DNA of 64,000 nucleotides. It comes from Fibrobacteria bacterium. GTDB taxonomy: Bacteria > Fibrobacterota > Fibrobacteria > UBA11236. The stretch spans positions 96,001 to 160,000 of the forward strand of contig JAYTSD010000017.1 in the NCBI GenBank assembly GCA_043745805.1, given 5' to 3'. Made by a program: the position numbers and the translations under genes. This document shows positions 30,101 to 38,184 of this stretch, one piece after another (the stretch's first letter is position 1; every line of letters starts with the position of its first letter). Below the pieces are notes generated by a model, which saw only the letters and a program-made list of their open reading frames with translations, had not been told where the DNA came from and made no database searches.

Positions 30101-32634
30101 CTATTCCCAGTGGATTGGTCGCAGTGGGTAATGATCGAACGGTTACTTTAAGCTGGAAAGCCAATACCGAAAATGATTTTCTCTGCTATTTCATTTATCA
30201 GCGAGCGTCCAATGGAGCATTATTCCTTATTGATTCTATTGCGAATATTAATCAAGTTTCAAAAACAGTTACGGGATTAAAAAATGGATCGGCTTATGCT
30301 TTTGTAATGTCTGCGGCGGATAAAGTTTTAAATCATAGTGGATTCTCCCAAGAGGTTCTAGCTTCTCCCTTTTATTTAGTGAGTAGCTCATTGAATAATT
30401 TAAACTTTGGAAAAACTCATATTAGTATTTATAAAGATTCGGTATTAATGCTTAATAATTCGAGTTCCTTGCCTGTAACCTTAGATTCAATAGTAATTTC
30501 AAATAGTAATTTTGCTATAACTAGTCCAATAAAGCTGATTCCTGCTAGTGGGCAGCTAATTTTGTCTATAAGGTTCAATTGTCTTCAGTCAATGGGAGGT
30601 GATTTTAATTCTACGTTAAAAATTTATTTTGGAAATTCTACCATCGAAATATCTTTATTGGCAAAAGCTGTGGCTAATCCGTATAGTACAATTGAACAGG
30701 CAAATCCCTCACCTGCAATATGGGATACTACATCCAATATTGCTTTTTTAGCGAGTGCCGATGATTCGGATATTGCTGGCACTGGGGATAAAATTGCATC
30801 CTATTTATGGTCCTCGAATCTTAATGGTATTTTACCAAGTACTAAAAACAGTTTTTTAATACACCCGTCGGGGTTCAAAATCGGTAATCACAAAATCTCT
30901 TTAAGGGTTGTGGATAATGATGGGGATACCTCAGCGATAGTGGAAAAACTTTTAACGATTAAGGGGCGAAAACCTTTTGCCAAAATCGATTCTATAACTC
31001 CCAAGAACCTTATCCTCCGAGGATCAGATAAACCTCATTTTTCATTTACCTCGTATGACCTCGATGAATTAGCAAATTCGGATCATGATAGTTTAGTTAA
31101 TTTTGGAATTTACTCCACTTTACAAGGCAAAATTAGCAGTAATAAAGATACTACCTTGGATTCCATCTCTCTGCAATTAGGTTTACATGGTTTTTATGCA
31201 CGTGCCATTGATAATGAAGGGGATACGGTATTTTCAGATACCCAATGGATTCCTGTTCAAACAGGGGTGGGATTAGCAGTATTAGTTGCGGGCTCACCTT
31301 TTGGTGATTATCGATACCTTTTTGAAAATATCTCCCCCAATTGTAATTGGGCTTATGCCAAATTACGTGAACGAGGATTTACCGATGAATTAATTCAATA
31401 TTTTAATCCAGTGGGTTGGCAAAGTATTGGCGATTCTTTTAGCAATAGTGGTATTGTAGACGTTACCGATATGACGGTAAAAAATTTACGCAAAGCTATA
31501 TTGGATTTGAAGCCTAAGGTTGAAAATGGTGTGCCTTTACTTATATCCTTTTTGGGTCATGGGACCAACAATACTCAATTAGGTAAGTTTTATTTAACTC
31601 CTACTGAGTTTATTACTCCTGATACTTTGAATGCTTGGTTAAATACTTTTACCATTTCTAAATCCATGAATTCTCCTATAGTTATATTATTAGACTTTTG
31701 TTATGCGGGTACTTTTCTCAATAAGTTAAAATCATCTACGCAAAATCGTATTGTAATAGCTTCAGCAGCAGCGGATAGAGTGGCTTATTTTGATGGGGGC
31801 CGATCATTTAGCTATAATATTTTTAAGCAAATTTCCAAAGGCAATAATTTGGCTCAAGCATGGAATACAGCCAATATTTGGTCTGCAAATCTTGGACAAA
31901 ATGCAAGCATCTCATCTAATCCCCAAATGAATGCGAATAGTGATAATAATTACAATGATCTATTAGATATAAATGTATTACAAAACATTTATGTTGGAGG
32001 TAGCCAACAAAATCAGGACTTGGAATCGGAATGGAAAAGTATAGATGGAAGTTATGACAATTTAAAGAATTTGATTTCTTTTAAAGTGATTCCTAAAAAT
32101 TTATCCAAAATAGATAAAGTATGGTACTCCATTTTGACACCCGATTTTGATCCTGCTAATCCCCTTATGCAATCTTTGCACTCCGAAGATATGGCGGTGC
32201 AGGATAGTGGTTTTGTGGGTACTTACACGCTCAAGCCAAATCAAAATGGCGAATTTTTAATCACAGCATATGGATCGGTGGGAGGAAAACAAATTTTACC
32301 TATTTCAAAATCAATTTATACGCTCACCACAGGTATTGGAAATGATTCTGCTTCTAAAATATTTAGTTTAAAACAAAACTTTCCAAATCCCTTCAAAAAC
32401 TTTACCACCATCCCTTTTAATTTAATGCATCAGGGAAATGTGAAATTAATTATTCAAAATTTAAAAGGCGAGAGGGTTAAATCCTTGATTAACACTCATG
32501 TTAACCAAGGAACGCATTTTGTGACTTGGAATGGGTTAAATGAAAACGGCTTCCAAATGCCTGCTGGTCTATATATCTATACTTTAATTGCACCCGATGG
32601 CATTTTGCGAAAGAAGTTTAATCTTCAGAGATAA
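27109..32634 (+). CDS. Large secreted protein: 14 FG-GAP/VCBS repeats, FN3/Ig domains, clan-CD (C13-like) peptidase domain, T9SS/FlgD-like C-terminal domain
   Basis: 14 DxDxDG-type repeats; FN3-like VTLxW...YFRVSAID; ISFLGHG (His1484) and ILLDFCYAG (Cys1531); LKQNFPNPF...VTWNG...AGLYIYTL. Confidence 0.85.
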   Translation: MVKMPVGFFSKALSKIVFISVITHCASIYAQEFIVLKDNIRSLQDRSYNSAEVGEMKGQVSFLDFNSDGNKDLVFSGNCWPSPGCIELYQNTNGVFSNTHAFDSLENYHLQAGAWADINHDGSLDFVTYEERNNIRLAKFYTYNVTQKKILPLNISLPTGKWTNLSFSFCDIDNDSFPDLLVSGLVDSSLFWPPFTEVYHNENGKSFKSMNMGLLPMWNANMAWADFDKDGYSDLYITGNTGVKNFSAIYPTSMATRVYRNNIGKLNLYATLPSLVYGGAAWGDYDGDGKLDLVVSGTRMPGNTLPATLLYKNNGTGFDLQTNTPFDSLCFGSVSFADMDKDGDPDLLLTGEISESAPLTKIFRNDKSVFVDMQSNLPSLTHGVSSWGDFDGDGNMDIFLSGINANKESSAHLFHNIRGDFEPLNSFSSPIIASTLHWIDYDNDKKLDFFISDNSESKLYRNIGNGQFLAENTNLPIGSTQSDLGDFDNDGKVDIVMVGTNTATNDAVTILQNKGDGNFLDTKIKILGTTNPGLITIDGAKWGDYDNDGKLDLVVWGHDYKIGNNPFTKVFHNEGDWTFSELTKIFTGITRGQISWGDFNRDGRLDLALAGDSLESSYTPFVKIYRNENGVLNTTNDNISPLSHTSFAWGDFDNDGDLDFALSGEYRVGSAFDSTITRIFRNNGGVFEQFGQSLIGVFNGQILWIDADNDGDLDLIMNGGYLDSPYKNARILRNEGNRFTAIPPVFPNYSPTVMDVGDFDGDGKVDLLVSGSSWSVPSGTFIYKNTVLTANTLPSVPPNANATLGFSSVTLAWDNSTDNETSSSGLQYNVQVGKASGGFEILSSASHSDGILRANQMGNASHANFKNLIGLAPGKYFWKVQAIDNALGGSSFSPEGKFTIGITTPTLLETGAGNSQVTLKWKKLTDSNFQRYYLYYGLITNPSNKMDSVSLANDTVKVISELQNGQLYYFRVSAIDQGGNPSGYSNELTAIPDGTPPAIPSGLVAVGNDRTVTLSWKANTENDFLCYFIYQRASNGALFLIDSIANINQVSKTVTGLKNGSAYAFVMSAADKVLNHSGFSQEVLASPFYLVSSSLNNLNFGKTHISIYKDSVLMLNNSSSLPVTLDSIVISNSNFAITSPIKLIPASGQLILSIRFNCLQSMGGDFNSTLKIYFGNSTIEISLLAKAVANPYSTIEQANPSPAIWDTTSNIAFLASADDSDIAGTGDKIASYLWSSNLNGILPSTKNSFLIHPSGFKIGNHKISLRVVDNDGDTSAIVEKLLTIKGRKPFAKIDSITPKNLILRGSDKPHFSFTSYDLDELANSDHDSLVNFGIYSTLQGKISSNKDTTLDSISLQLGLHGFYARAIDNEGDTVFSDTQWIPVQTGVGLAVLVAGSPFGDYRYLFENISPNCNWAYAKLRERGFTDELIQYFNPVGWQSIGDSFSNSGIVDVTDMTVKNLRKAILDLKPKVENGVPLLISFLGHGTNNTQLGKFYLTPTEFITPDTLNAWLNTFTISKSMNSPIVILLDFCYAGTFLNKLKSSTQNRIVIASAAADRVAYFDGGRSFSYNIFKQISKGNNLAQAWNTANIWSANLGQNASISSNPQMNANSDNNYNDLLDINVLQNIYVGGSQQNQDLESEWKSIDGSYDNLKNLISFKVIPKNLSKIDKVWYSILTPDFDPANPLMQSLHSEDMAVQDSGFVGTYTLKPNQNGEFLITAYGSVGGKQILPISKSIYTLTTGIGNDSASKIFSLKQNFPNPFKNFTTIPFNLMHQGNVKLIIQNLKGERVKSLINTHVNQGTHFVTWNGLNENGFQMPAGLYIYTLIAPDGILRKKFNLQR

Positions 32635-32648
32635 GTAAAAAATACTGA

Positions 32649-32680
32649 TTTTTTTTCCCGAGTGGAATCAGGAAAAAAAT
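32649..32680. terminator. Probable bidirectional terminator between convergent genes
   Basis: TTTTTTTCC...GGAAAAAAA inverted repeat. Confidence 0.5.
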
Positions 32681-32682
32681 AT

Positions 32683-33384
32683 TTATTTCACTATTTCAAA
32701 TTCCATGCGATAAATTGGTTTGCCAAGAAGTCGATATTTTTTTTCAAAATTAGTTTGAATACCTTCGGTAGGCTCTGCATTTCCATTAATCACTTTCAGC
32801 CAAGGCAATGAATTAAATAATTCCAAACTATCGGCGTGATACTCGGCATGATCGGTACCCCAATAAAATTTTCCATTGGGAATGGTTACTCTTTTAACTT
32901 GTTCTAAAAAAGCGACATTAGCTAAGCGATGCTTGCGCTGTCTTTTCTTAGGCCATGGATCAGGAAAATACATATGTACGGCCTGCGTACAGGAATCCGG
33001 TAAAAAATCGCGTAAGAAAAAAAAAGCATCGCCGAGTAATAAGCGTGCATGAGGGAGATGTGGTCTTTTTGCAATACGTGTGGCGGCAAAAAAAGCGATC
33101 TCGGCTTCTTTTTCTATTCCAATTATGGGTAACTCCGGATGTCTCTCGGCATACTCCACCATGAAACCGCCTTTACCACAGCCAACTTCAATTTCAATTA
33201 AGCCCTCTTTAGCAAAAAAATTGTGGAAATTAATAGGAGTAAATTCTGGCTTTCCACTTTCTGTAAGTACTGGTAAATTTTTGGCATCTTTTTTATGCCT
33301 AAGATGGTAATATTTTTCCAAGTCATTGGAGGGTAACAATTCACGCTGCAATTCATAAGAACTCAGCCCTTCCGGTAAAGCCAT
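32683..33384 (-). CDS. trmB: tRNA (guanine-N7)-methyltransferase
   Basis: IEVGCGKG, YFPDPWPKKRQRKHRL, GTDH, TNFEKK. Confidence 0.94.
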   Translation of the reverse strand: MALPEGLSSYELQRELLPSNDLEKYYHLRHKKDAKNLPVLTESGKPEFTPINFHNFFAKEGLIEIEVGCGKGGFMVEYAERHPELPIIGIEKEAEIAFFAATRIAKRPHLPHARLLLGDAFFFLRDFLPDSCTQAVHMYFPDPWPKKRQRKHRLANVAFLEQVKRVTIPNGKFYWGTDHAEYHADSLELFNSLPWLKVINGNAEPTEGIQTNFEKKYRLLGKPIYRMEFEIVK

Positions 33385-33863
33385 TATCCGCCCAACTTTC
33401 GTTTTACAATTTCGCTGACTAAACGCCCATCCGCTTTACCTTGAGTTTGCGGACGAATAACTCCCATCACGGCACCCATATCTTTAGGGCCTTTCGCATT
33501 TGCGGTGAGGATTGCTGCATCCACGAGTACAGTGATTTCCTCTTCACTCATTTGTGCAGGCAAATATTTTTCATATAAGGCAATTTTAATTTTTTCAAGG
33601 ACAATAATATCTTCACGCACAATACCCGCATCATTTTTTCCGCTAGCTTTTTCTAAAGTCTCACGGAATTGCTTAATGCCTCTCGACAAAATAGCGGAGA
33701 TATCTAAATCTTCGGGTTCTTTTTTATTGTTCATTTTAAAGGTTTTCACTTCTGCCAATAAGGTGCGCAATGAGGTAACCTTTTGTGAATTTTCTTCTTT
33801 TCGAGAGGGCTCTCTATCTTTCATAGCGGCAATGAGATCCACATTAATTTGATCAAGAATCAT
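33384..33863 (-). CDS. GatB/YqeY domain protein
   Basis: AAMK, YLPAQMSEEEI, KDMGAVMG, GKADGRLVS; start set at ATG 33863. Confidence 0.92.
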   Translation of the reverse strand: MILDQINVDLIAAMKDREPSRKEENSQKVTSLRTLLAEVKTFKMNNKKEPEDLDISAILSRGIKQFRETLEKASGKNDAGIVREDIIVLEKIKIALYEKYLPAQMSEEEITVLVDAAILTANAKGPKDMGAVMGVIRPQTQGKADGRLVSEIVKRKLGG

Positions 33864-34084
33864 GAGTTGTACCTTTGGCAAAAATTCACCCACAAAATAG
33901 GAATTGTTGGGCTTTGTAGGGTCACCTAGGTCGGATTAGACCTTAAGACTTGTAGGTAAATGACTTTGCACGCGGAAATTGCCAATTGGAGGGGGGTCAA
34001 CACTAGGTTTTCCGACCGATAAAAGATATTTTTGAAAAAAGTTTTAGTTTCGGATTGTTTCCTGATTGTATCCTTGAGGGTTTG

Positions 34085-35536
34085 ATGAAATATAGCGTTG
34101 TCATTGGTTTGGAAGTTCATGCACAGCTTTCTACGAACACGAAAATGTTTTGCGGTTGTCGCTTAGAGTTCGGATCCGAACCCAATACCTTGGTTTGTCC
34201 TATTTGTTTAGGCATGCCGGGAACTTTACCGGTTCCAAATGAAAAAGCAGTAGAATACGCGATTAAAATGGGCCTAGCCACCTCGGCAAATATTGATAGA
34301 CAAGCAATGTGGACACGCAAAAATTATTTCTATCCCGATTTACCCAAGGGTTATCAAATTACGCAACAAGGGGGAGTACCCTTATATGACCGCCCCATTT
34401 GCACCGGCGGATTTATTGATATCGATCTCGACGATGGTAGCCGTAAACGCATTGGCTTAACGCGTATTCACATGGAAGAAGATGCTGGTAAACTCATTCA
34501 TGATATGACGGTAACGGATTCTCTTTTCGATGCCAACCGTTGTGGCACACCGCTTTGTGAAATTGTATCCGATCCTGATTTGCGCACACCGCGTGAGGCT
34601 TATCTTTATTTGGAAAAGCTAAAACAGATTTTAGAATACTTAGAAATCTGTGATGCGAATATGGAACGCGGTAATTTACGTTGTGATGCTAATGTGTCTT
34701 TGCGCCTTAGCGAGGATGCTCCATTTGGAAATCGCGTAGAATTAAAAAATATGAATTCTTTCCACAATATTGAAAAAGCTTTGGAAGTAGAAATTGCTTT
34801 GCAAGCCGAAATGTTGGATCGCGGCGAGGTTATAGGACAACAGACGAAACGTTGGGATGTTGACCGAGGTGTTACAGTACCTATACGTACTAAAGAAAAT
34901 GCGACGGATTATCGTTATTTTCCCGAACCCGATTTAATGCGCATTAATATTTCAGAAGCCCAAATCGCGGCTATTGCTGCAAAGCAACCTGAATTGCCCG
35001 AGGCTCGACGCAGTCGCTATGTGACTGAATTCGGCATTCCGACTTATGATGCGGCGGTGCTGACTAAAGAAAAAATCGTTTCGGAATTTTATGAAGAAGT
35101 ATGTTCCATTACGGCTGATAAGAAACTAGCCTCCAATTGGGTGATGGGCGAAGTTTTACGCGTGGTTAAAGACAAAGGTATTTCTGTACAACAATTGGCT
35201 TTTAAGCCTCAACAATTAGGGGAATTGATCAATCTTATTATTGATCAAACTATCTCGGGTAAAATTGCAAAAACGGTTTTTGAAGAGATGCTAGAAACCG
35301 GTAAAGCGCCGGGAAAAATTGTTGTGGATAATGGTTTACAGGTCATTTCCGATGATGGCACTATTGAAAAAATAGTTCTTGAAGTGATAGAAAAAAATCC
35401 AAGCTCATTGGCTGATTATCGCGCAGGTAAGGTAAAGCTATTCGGATTTTTTGTAGGCCAAGCAATGAAAGCTTCGCAAGGAAAAGCTAGTCCAGAAAAA
35501 TTAAATCAATTGCTTAAAAAGCATTTGGATGGTTAA
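34085..35536 (+). CDS. gatB: Asp/Glu-tRNA amidotransferase subunit B
   Basis: IGLEVHAQL, RKNYFYPDLPKGYQI, HMEEDAGK, DYRYFPEPDL; start set at ATG 34085. Confidence 0.97.
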   Translation: MKYSVVIGLEVHAQLSTNTKMFCGCRLEFGSEPNTLVCPICLGMPGTLPVPNEKAVEYAIKMGLATSANIDRQAMWTRKNYFYPDLPKGYQITQQGGVPLYDRPICTGGFIDIDLDDGSRKRIGLTRIHMEEDAGKLIHDMTVTDSLFDANRCGTPLCEIVSDPDLRTPREAYLYLEKLKQILEYLEICDANMERGNLRCDANVSLRLSEDAPFGNRVELKNMNSFHNIEKALEVEIALQAEMLDRGEVIGQQTKRWDVDRGVTVPIRTKENATDYRYFPEPDLMRINISEAQIAAIAAKQPELPEARRSRYVTEFGIPTYDAAVLTKEKIVSEFYEEVCSITADKKLASNWVMGEVLRVVKDKGISVQQLAFKPQQLGELINLIIDQTISGKIAKTVFEEMLETGKAPGKIVVDNGLQVISDDGTIEKIVLEVIEKNPSSLADYRAGKVKLFGFFVGQAMKASQGKASPEKLNQLLKKHLDG

Positions 35537-35861
35537 AAAATTATCGCTTTTATTATGGCTAACTATGGCTAGCTTGGGAGTGAAAACTCTTTTGGGGGCA
35601 GAAAAAAATACTCTTCCAGTTACTTCCCAAATACATCAAGATTCAGTGAGTTCGCAAGGTGCAATTCATCCCGAGTTGCATGTGATCGCGGAGAGTTCCG
35701 CTACTTCAGTCAGTTCCGTTTTCATGCCTAAAACACGAGCCGATACAGTTATTATCATTCAGCATCAATTTGATCATAAAGAACAGATTATAACTGGAAG
35801 CGTAATTATGTCTTGTATGATTTTAGTTTTGGCTTTGATGAACAATTATAATCCTCGATAA
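35529..35861 (+). CDS. Small hypothetical membrane protein
   Basis: Signal-like N-terminus and C-terminal hydrophobic segment; overlaps gatB stop. Confidence 0.6.
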   Translation: MVKKLSLLLWLTMASLGVKTLLGAEKNTLPVTSQIHQDSVSSQGAIHPELHVIAESSATSVSSVFMPKTRADTVIIIQHQFDHKEQIITGSVIMSCMILVLALMNNYNPR

Positions 35862-36007
35862 TGAAGCCAGGAAACCTTTTGTTTCATGTTTGCATTGATT
35901 TATTTGGTAGATTGACTTATATTATTTTTAAATCTCACTAAGCTTAATTACAAAATAGATGGCTTTTGCTCAGCATTTTTTAAGTCGCTTAATTTGTGAA
36001 TGGTACT

Positions 36008-36162
36008 GCCCTTAGCAATTAATAAGGGTTAGTTCGGTGTTAGAGCGAACACTTTAAAAAGTCCCCCCTTCTTTATTTAATAGGGTAAAAGGGACACCCA
36101 GTTGTCGACATAATCAAGACAGCTAAATCCAAAATTTTTGACTGTGAAGCTGAAATTGCTTC
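36008..36162 (+). other. Chain of five hairpins in the rho 5' region (candidate leader or ncRNA)
   Basis: CCCTTA/TAAGGG, GTTCG/CGAAC, GTCCC/GGGAC with inner CCCT/AGGG, AGTTGTC/GACAGCT, GAAGC/GCTTC. Confidence 0.45.
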
Positions 36163-36237
36163 GTTTAAAAAAGGTTTTTCTTTTGAGCCTTATGAATGGC
36201 CAAAAGAGTTTAAATAAAAGATAGGACAGCTTTTGCT

Positions 36238-37692
36238 ATGATAGATGAAAATACTCCCGAAGAATATATCCATGCCAATGACCATAGTGTTGAAGAGGAT
36301 GTTCAGAACGATGTAGATGAAGAGTATGAAGAGGATGGAGAAGGCGAAGAAGAAGAGGAATATGTTGAAGGTGAAGAAAATATTAAAAAGCCCGAAAAAC
36401 CTTATGATCCTTCTCGCCAATTAAAAAACCTCACCACAATATCCCATGAATCCAATGATAGCATGCGCCGCAATCGTCGTCGTGCGAAGGTAACTAAAAT
36501 TAAAACTCGCACGGTACAACGCAAAAGAAAACCCGAAAAAGATGCCTATACTCCCGACTATACAAATGAATACGATGTTCGTTCGGAGCTCGAAGAATAT
36601 ACTGGCTATATTCAAATTCTAGAAGGTCACTTCGCCTTAATGCGTTCCGAAAAAGTCAGCTTTATTGCTCAAGAAGGGGATATTGTAATCCCTAAAGAAA
36701 TGGTGCAACGCTATTCCTTGCGCTCGGGTCATAAAATTCATGGTGTAGTGCGTACCAAACGAAATCGTCGCCAAAAAGTAGTAACAGAAATTTTGGATAT
36801 TCAAGACGAACCCATTCAAACTTGGCGCTCGGCTCCCACTTTTCAATCGCTTACGAGTGTGAATCCCTTTGAGTTTTTCCGTTTATCCACACCAGCGGAT
36901 AATGATAAAAGCATGAGCTTGATGGAACTATTAACACCAATTGGCCGTGGCCAAAGAGGTTTATTAGTAGCGCCTCCACGTACTGGCAAAACTATGCTCA
37001 TGGAAAAAATTGCTAATGGCATAGCATCTAATCATCCCGAAACAGAAATTTTATTATTGCTGATCGATGAACGTCCCGAAGAAGTTACCCATTTAACGCG
37101 TAAAGTAAAAGGTAAAGTTTTCGCCTCTTGTTTGGATAAACCCATTGAAGAACATATCGCCCTTTGCCAAATGGTTATTGACCTAGCTCATCGTAAAGTG
37201 GAGCGGGGTAAAGATGTAGTGATATTACTCGATTCTATTACTCGTATGGCGCGTGCTTATAATAACCAATTGAAATCCTCCGGCCGTACTTTATCTGGTG
37301 GAGTAGACGCGAAAGCCTTAATGGAACCTAAAAAGTTTTTTGGATCAGCCCGTAAATTAGAAGAAGGCGGCAGTTTAACCATTATTGCAACTGCCCTTGT
37401 ACAAACAGGTTCGCAAATGGATGAAGTTATTTTCCAAGAATTTAAAGGCACAGGTAATATGGAATTAGTGCTAAATCGCCGTCTGGCCGAAAAGCGCATT
37501 TATCCAGCTATTGATATTCCGATGTCCGGTACACGTCGTGAGGAATTAATTTTACCACCGGAATATTTTAAGGCCGCTTCGAAATTTCGCCGCTACCTTT
37601 CGAATATGACCGACACCAACCAAATGCCTGCGGCTATTCAAGCTTTGGAAAAATATAAGACTACGGCAGAATTCGTAAAAGCTTTCGCTTAA
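36238..37692 (+). CDS. rho: Transcription termination factor Rho with acidic/basic N-terminal extension
   Basis: [53 protein letters not shown]. Confidence 0.93.
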   Translation: MIDENTPEEYIHANDHSVEEDVQNDVDEEYEEDGEGEEEEEYVEGEENIKKPEKPYDPSRQLKNLTTISHESNDSMRRNRRRAKVTKIKTRTVQRKRKPEKDAYTPDYTNEYDVRSELEEYTGYIQILEGHFALMRSEKVSFIAQEGDIVIPKEMVQRYSLRSGHKIHGVVRTKRNRRQKVVTEILDIQDEPIQTWRSAPTFQSLTSVNPFEFFRLSTPADNDKSMSLMELLTPIGRGQRGLLVAPPRTGKTMLMEKIANGIASNHPETEILLLLIDERPEEVTHLTRKVKGKVFASCLDKPIEEHIALCQMVIDLAHRKVERGKDVVILLDSITRMARAYNNQLKSSGRTLSGGVDAKALMEPKKFFGSARKLEEGGSLTIIATALVQTGSQMDEVIFQEFKGTGNMELVLNRRLAEKRIYPAIDIPMSGTRREELILPPEYFKAASKFRRYLSNMTDTNQMPAAIQALEKYKTTAEFVKAFA

Positions 37693-37715
37693 AATAAATA
37701 CAAAGGAGAATATCG

Positions 37716-38132
37716 ATGCTTGTTAAATTGTCAGCAACTCCTGATTTTAAATTTAAAGCCAGTAATGATTCGGGTGCGCAATTTGATATTGGCGCTTCCA
37801 AAAGTATTGGTGGCGATGAAAGCGGATTTCGCCCTATGCAATTAGTGTTGGCGGCAGTAGGCAGTTGCAGTGGTATCGACATTATTTCTATTCTTAAAAA
37901 ATCGCGGCAAGACATACAGCATTTAGATGTAGAAGTGGAAGGGGAAAGAGCGGATGCTATCCCATCACCCTTCACTAAAATTCATGTAAAATTTATTATG
38001 CAGGGCAAAGGCATTGAGTTGGCTAAGGCTGAAAAGGCCGTCTCGCTTGGCCTAGAGAAGTATTGTTCCGTAGCAACTATGTTGGTTCCAGGCGTGCAAA
38101 TTACCAGTTCTATTGAGATTCACGAAGTTTAA
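37716..38132 (+). CDS. OsmC/YhfA-family protein
   Basis: GFRPMQLVLAAVGSCSGID, EKYCSV; AGGAG RBS. Confidence 0.92.
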   Translation: MLVKLSATPDFKFKASNDSGAQFDIGASKSIGGDESGFRPMQLVLAAVGSCSGIDIISILKKSRQDIQHLDVEVEGERADAIPSPFTKIHVKFIMQGKGIELAKAEKAVSLGLEKYCSVATMLVPGVQITSSIEIHEV

Positions 38133-38133
38133 A

Positions 38134-38177
38134 TATTTATTGTAGGGGCACAAAATGTTGTGCTCCTACAATAAATA
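38134..38177. repeat. 20-bp-stem palindrome (GTAG-type REP-like), probable bidirectional terminator
   Basis: TATTTATTGTAGGGGCACAA-AATG-TTGTGCTCCTACAATAAATA between convergent genes. Confidence 0.75.
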
Positions 38178-38184
38178 ACGGCGG

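Noticed and set aside
33965-33986. Minus-strand TGGCAATTTCCGCGTGCA as a sigma-54 promoter for yqeY
   Set aside because: GG-to-GC spacing is off by two bases
36190-36420. Phe/Ile-rich minus-strand ORF resembling a membrane peptide
   Set aside because: Reverse complement of the GAA-rich acidic tract of rho
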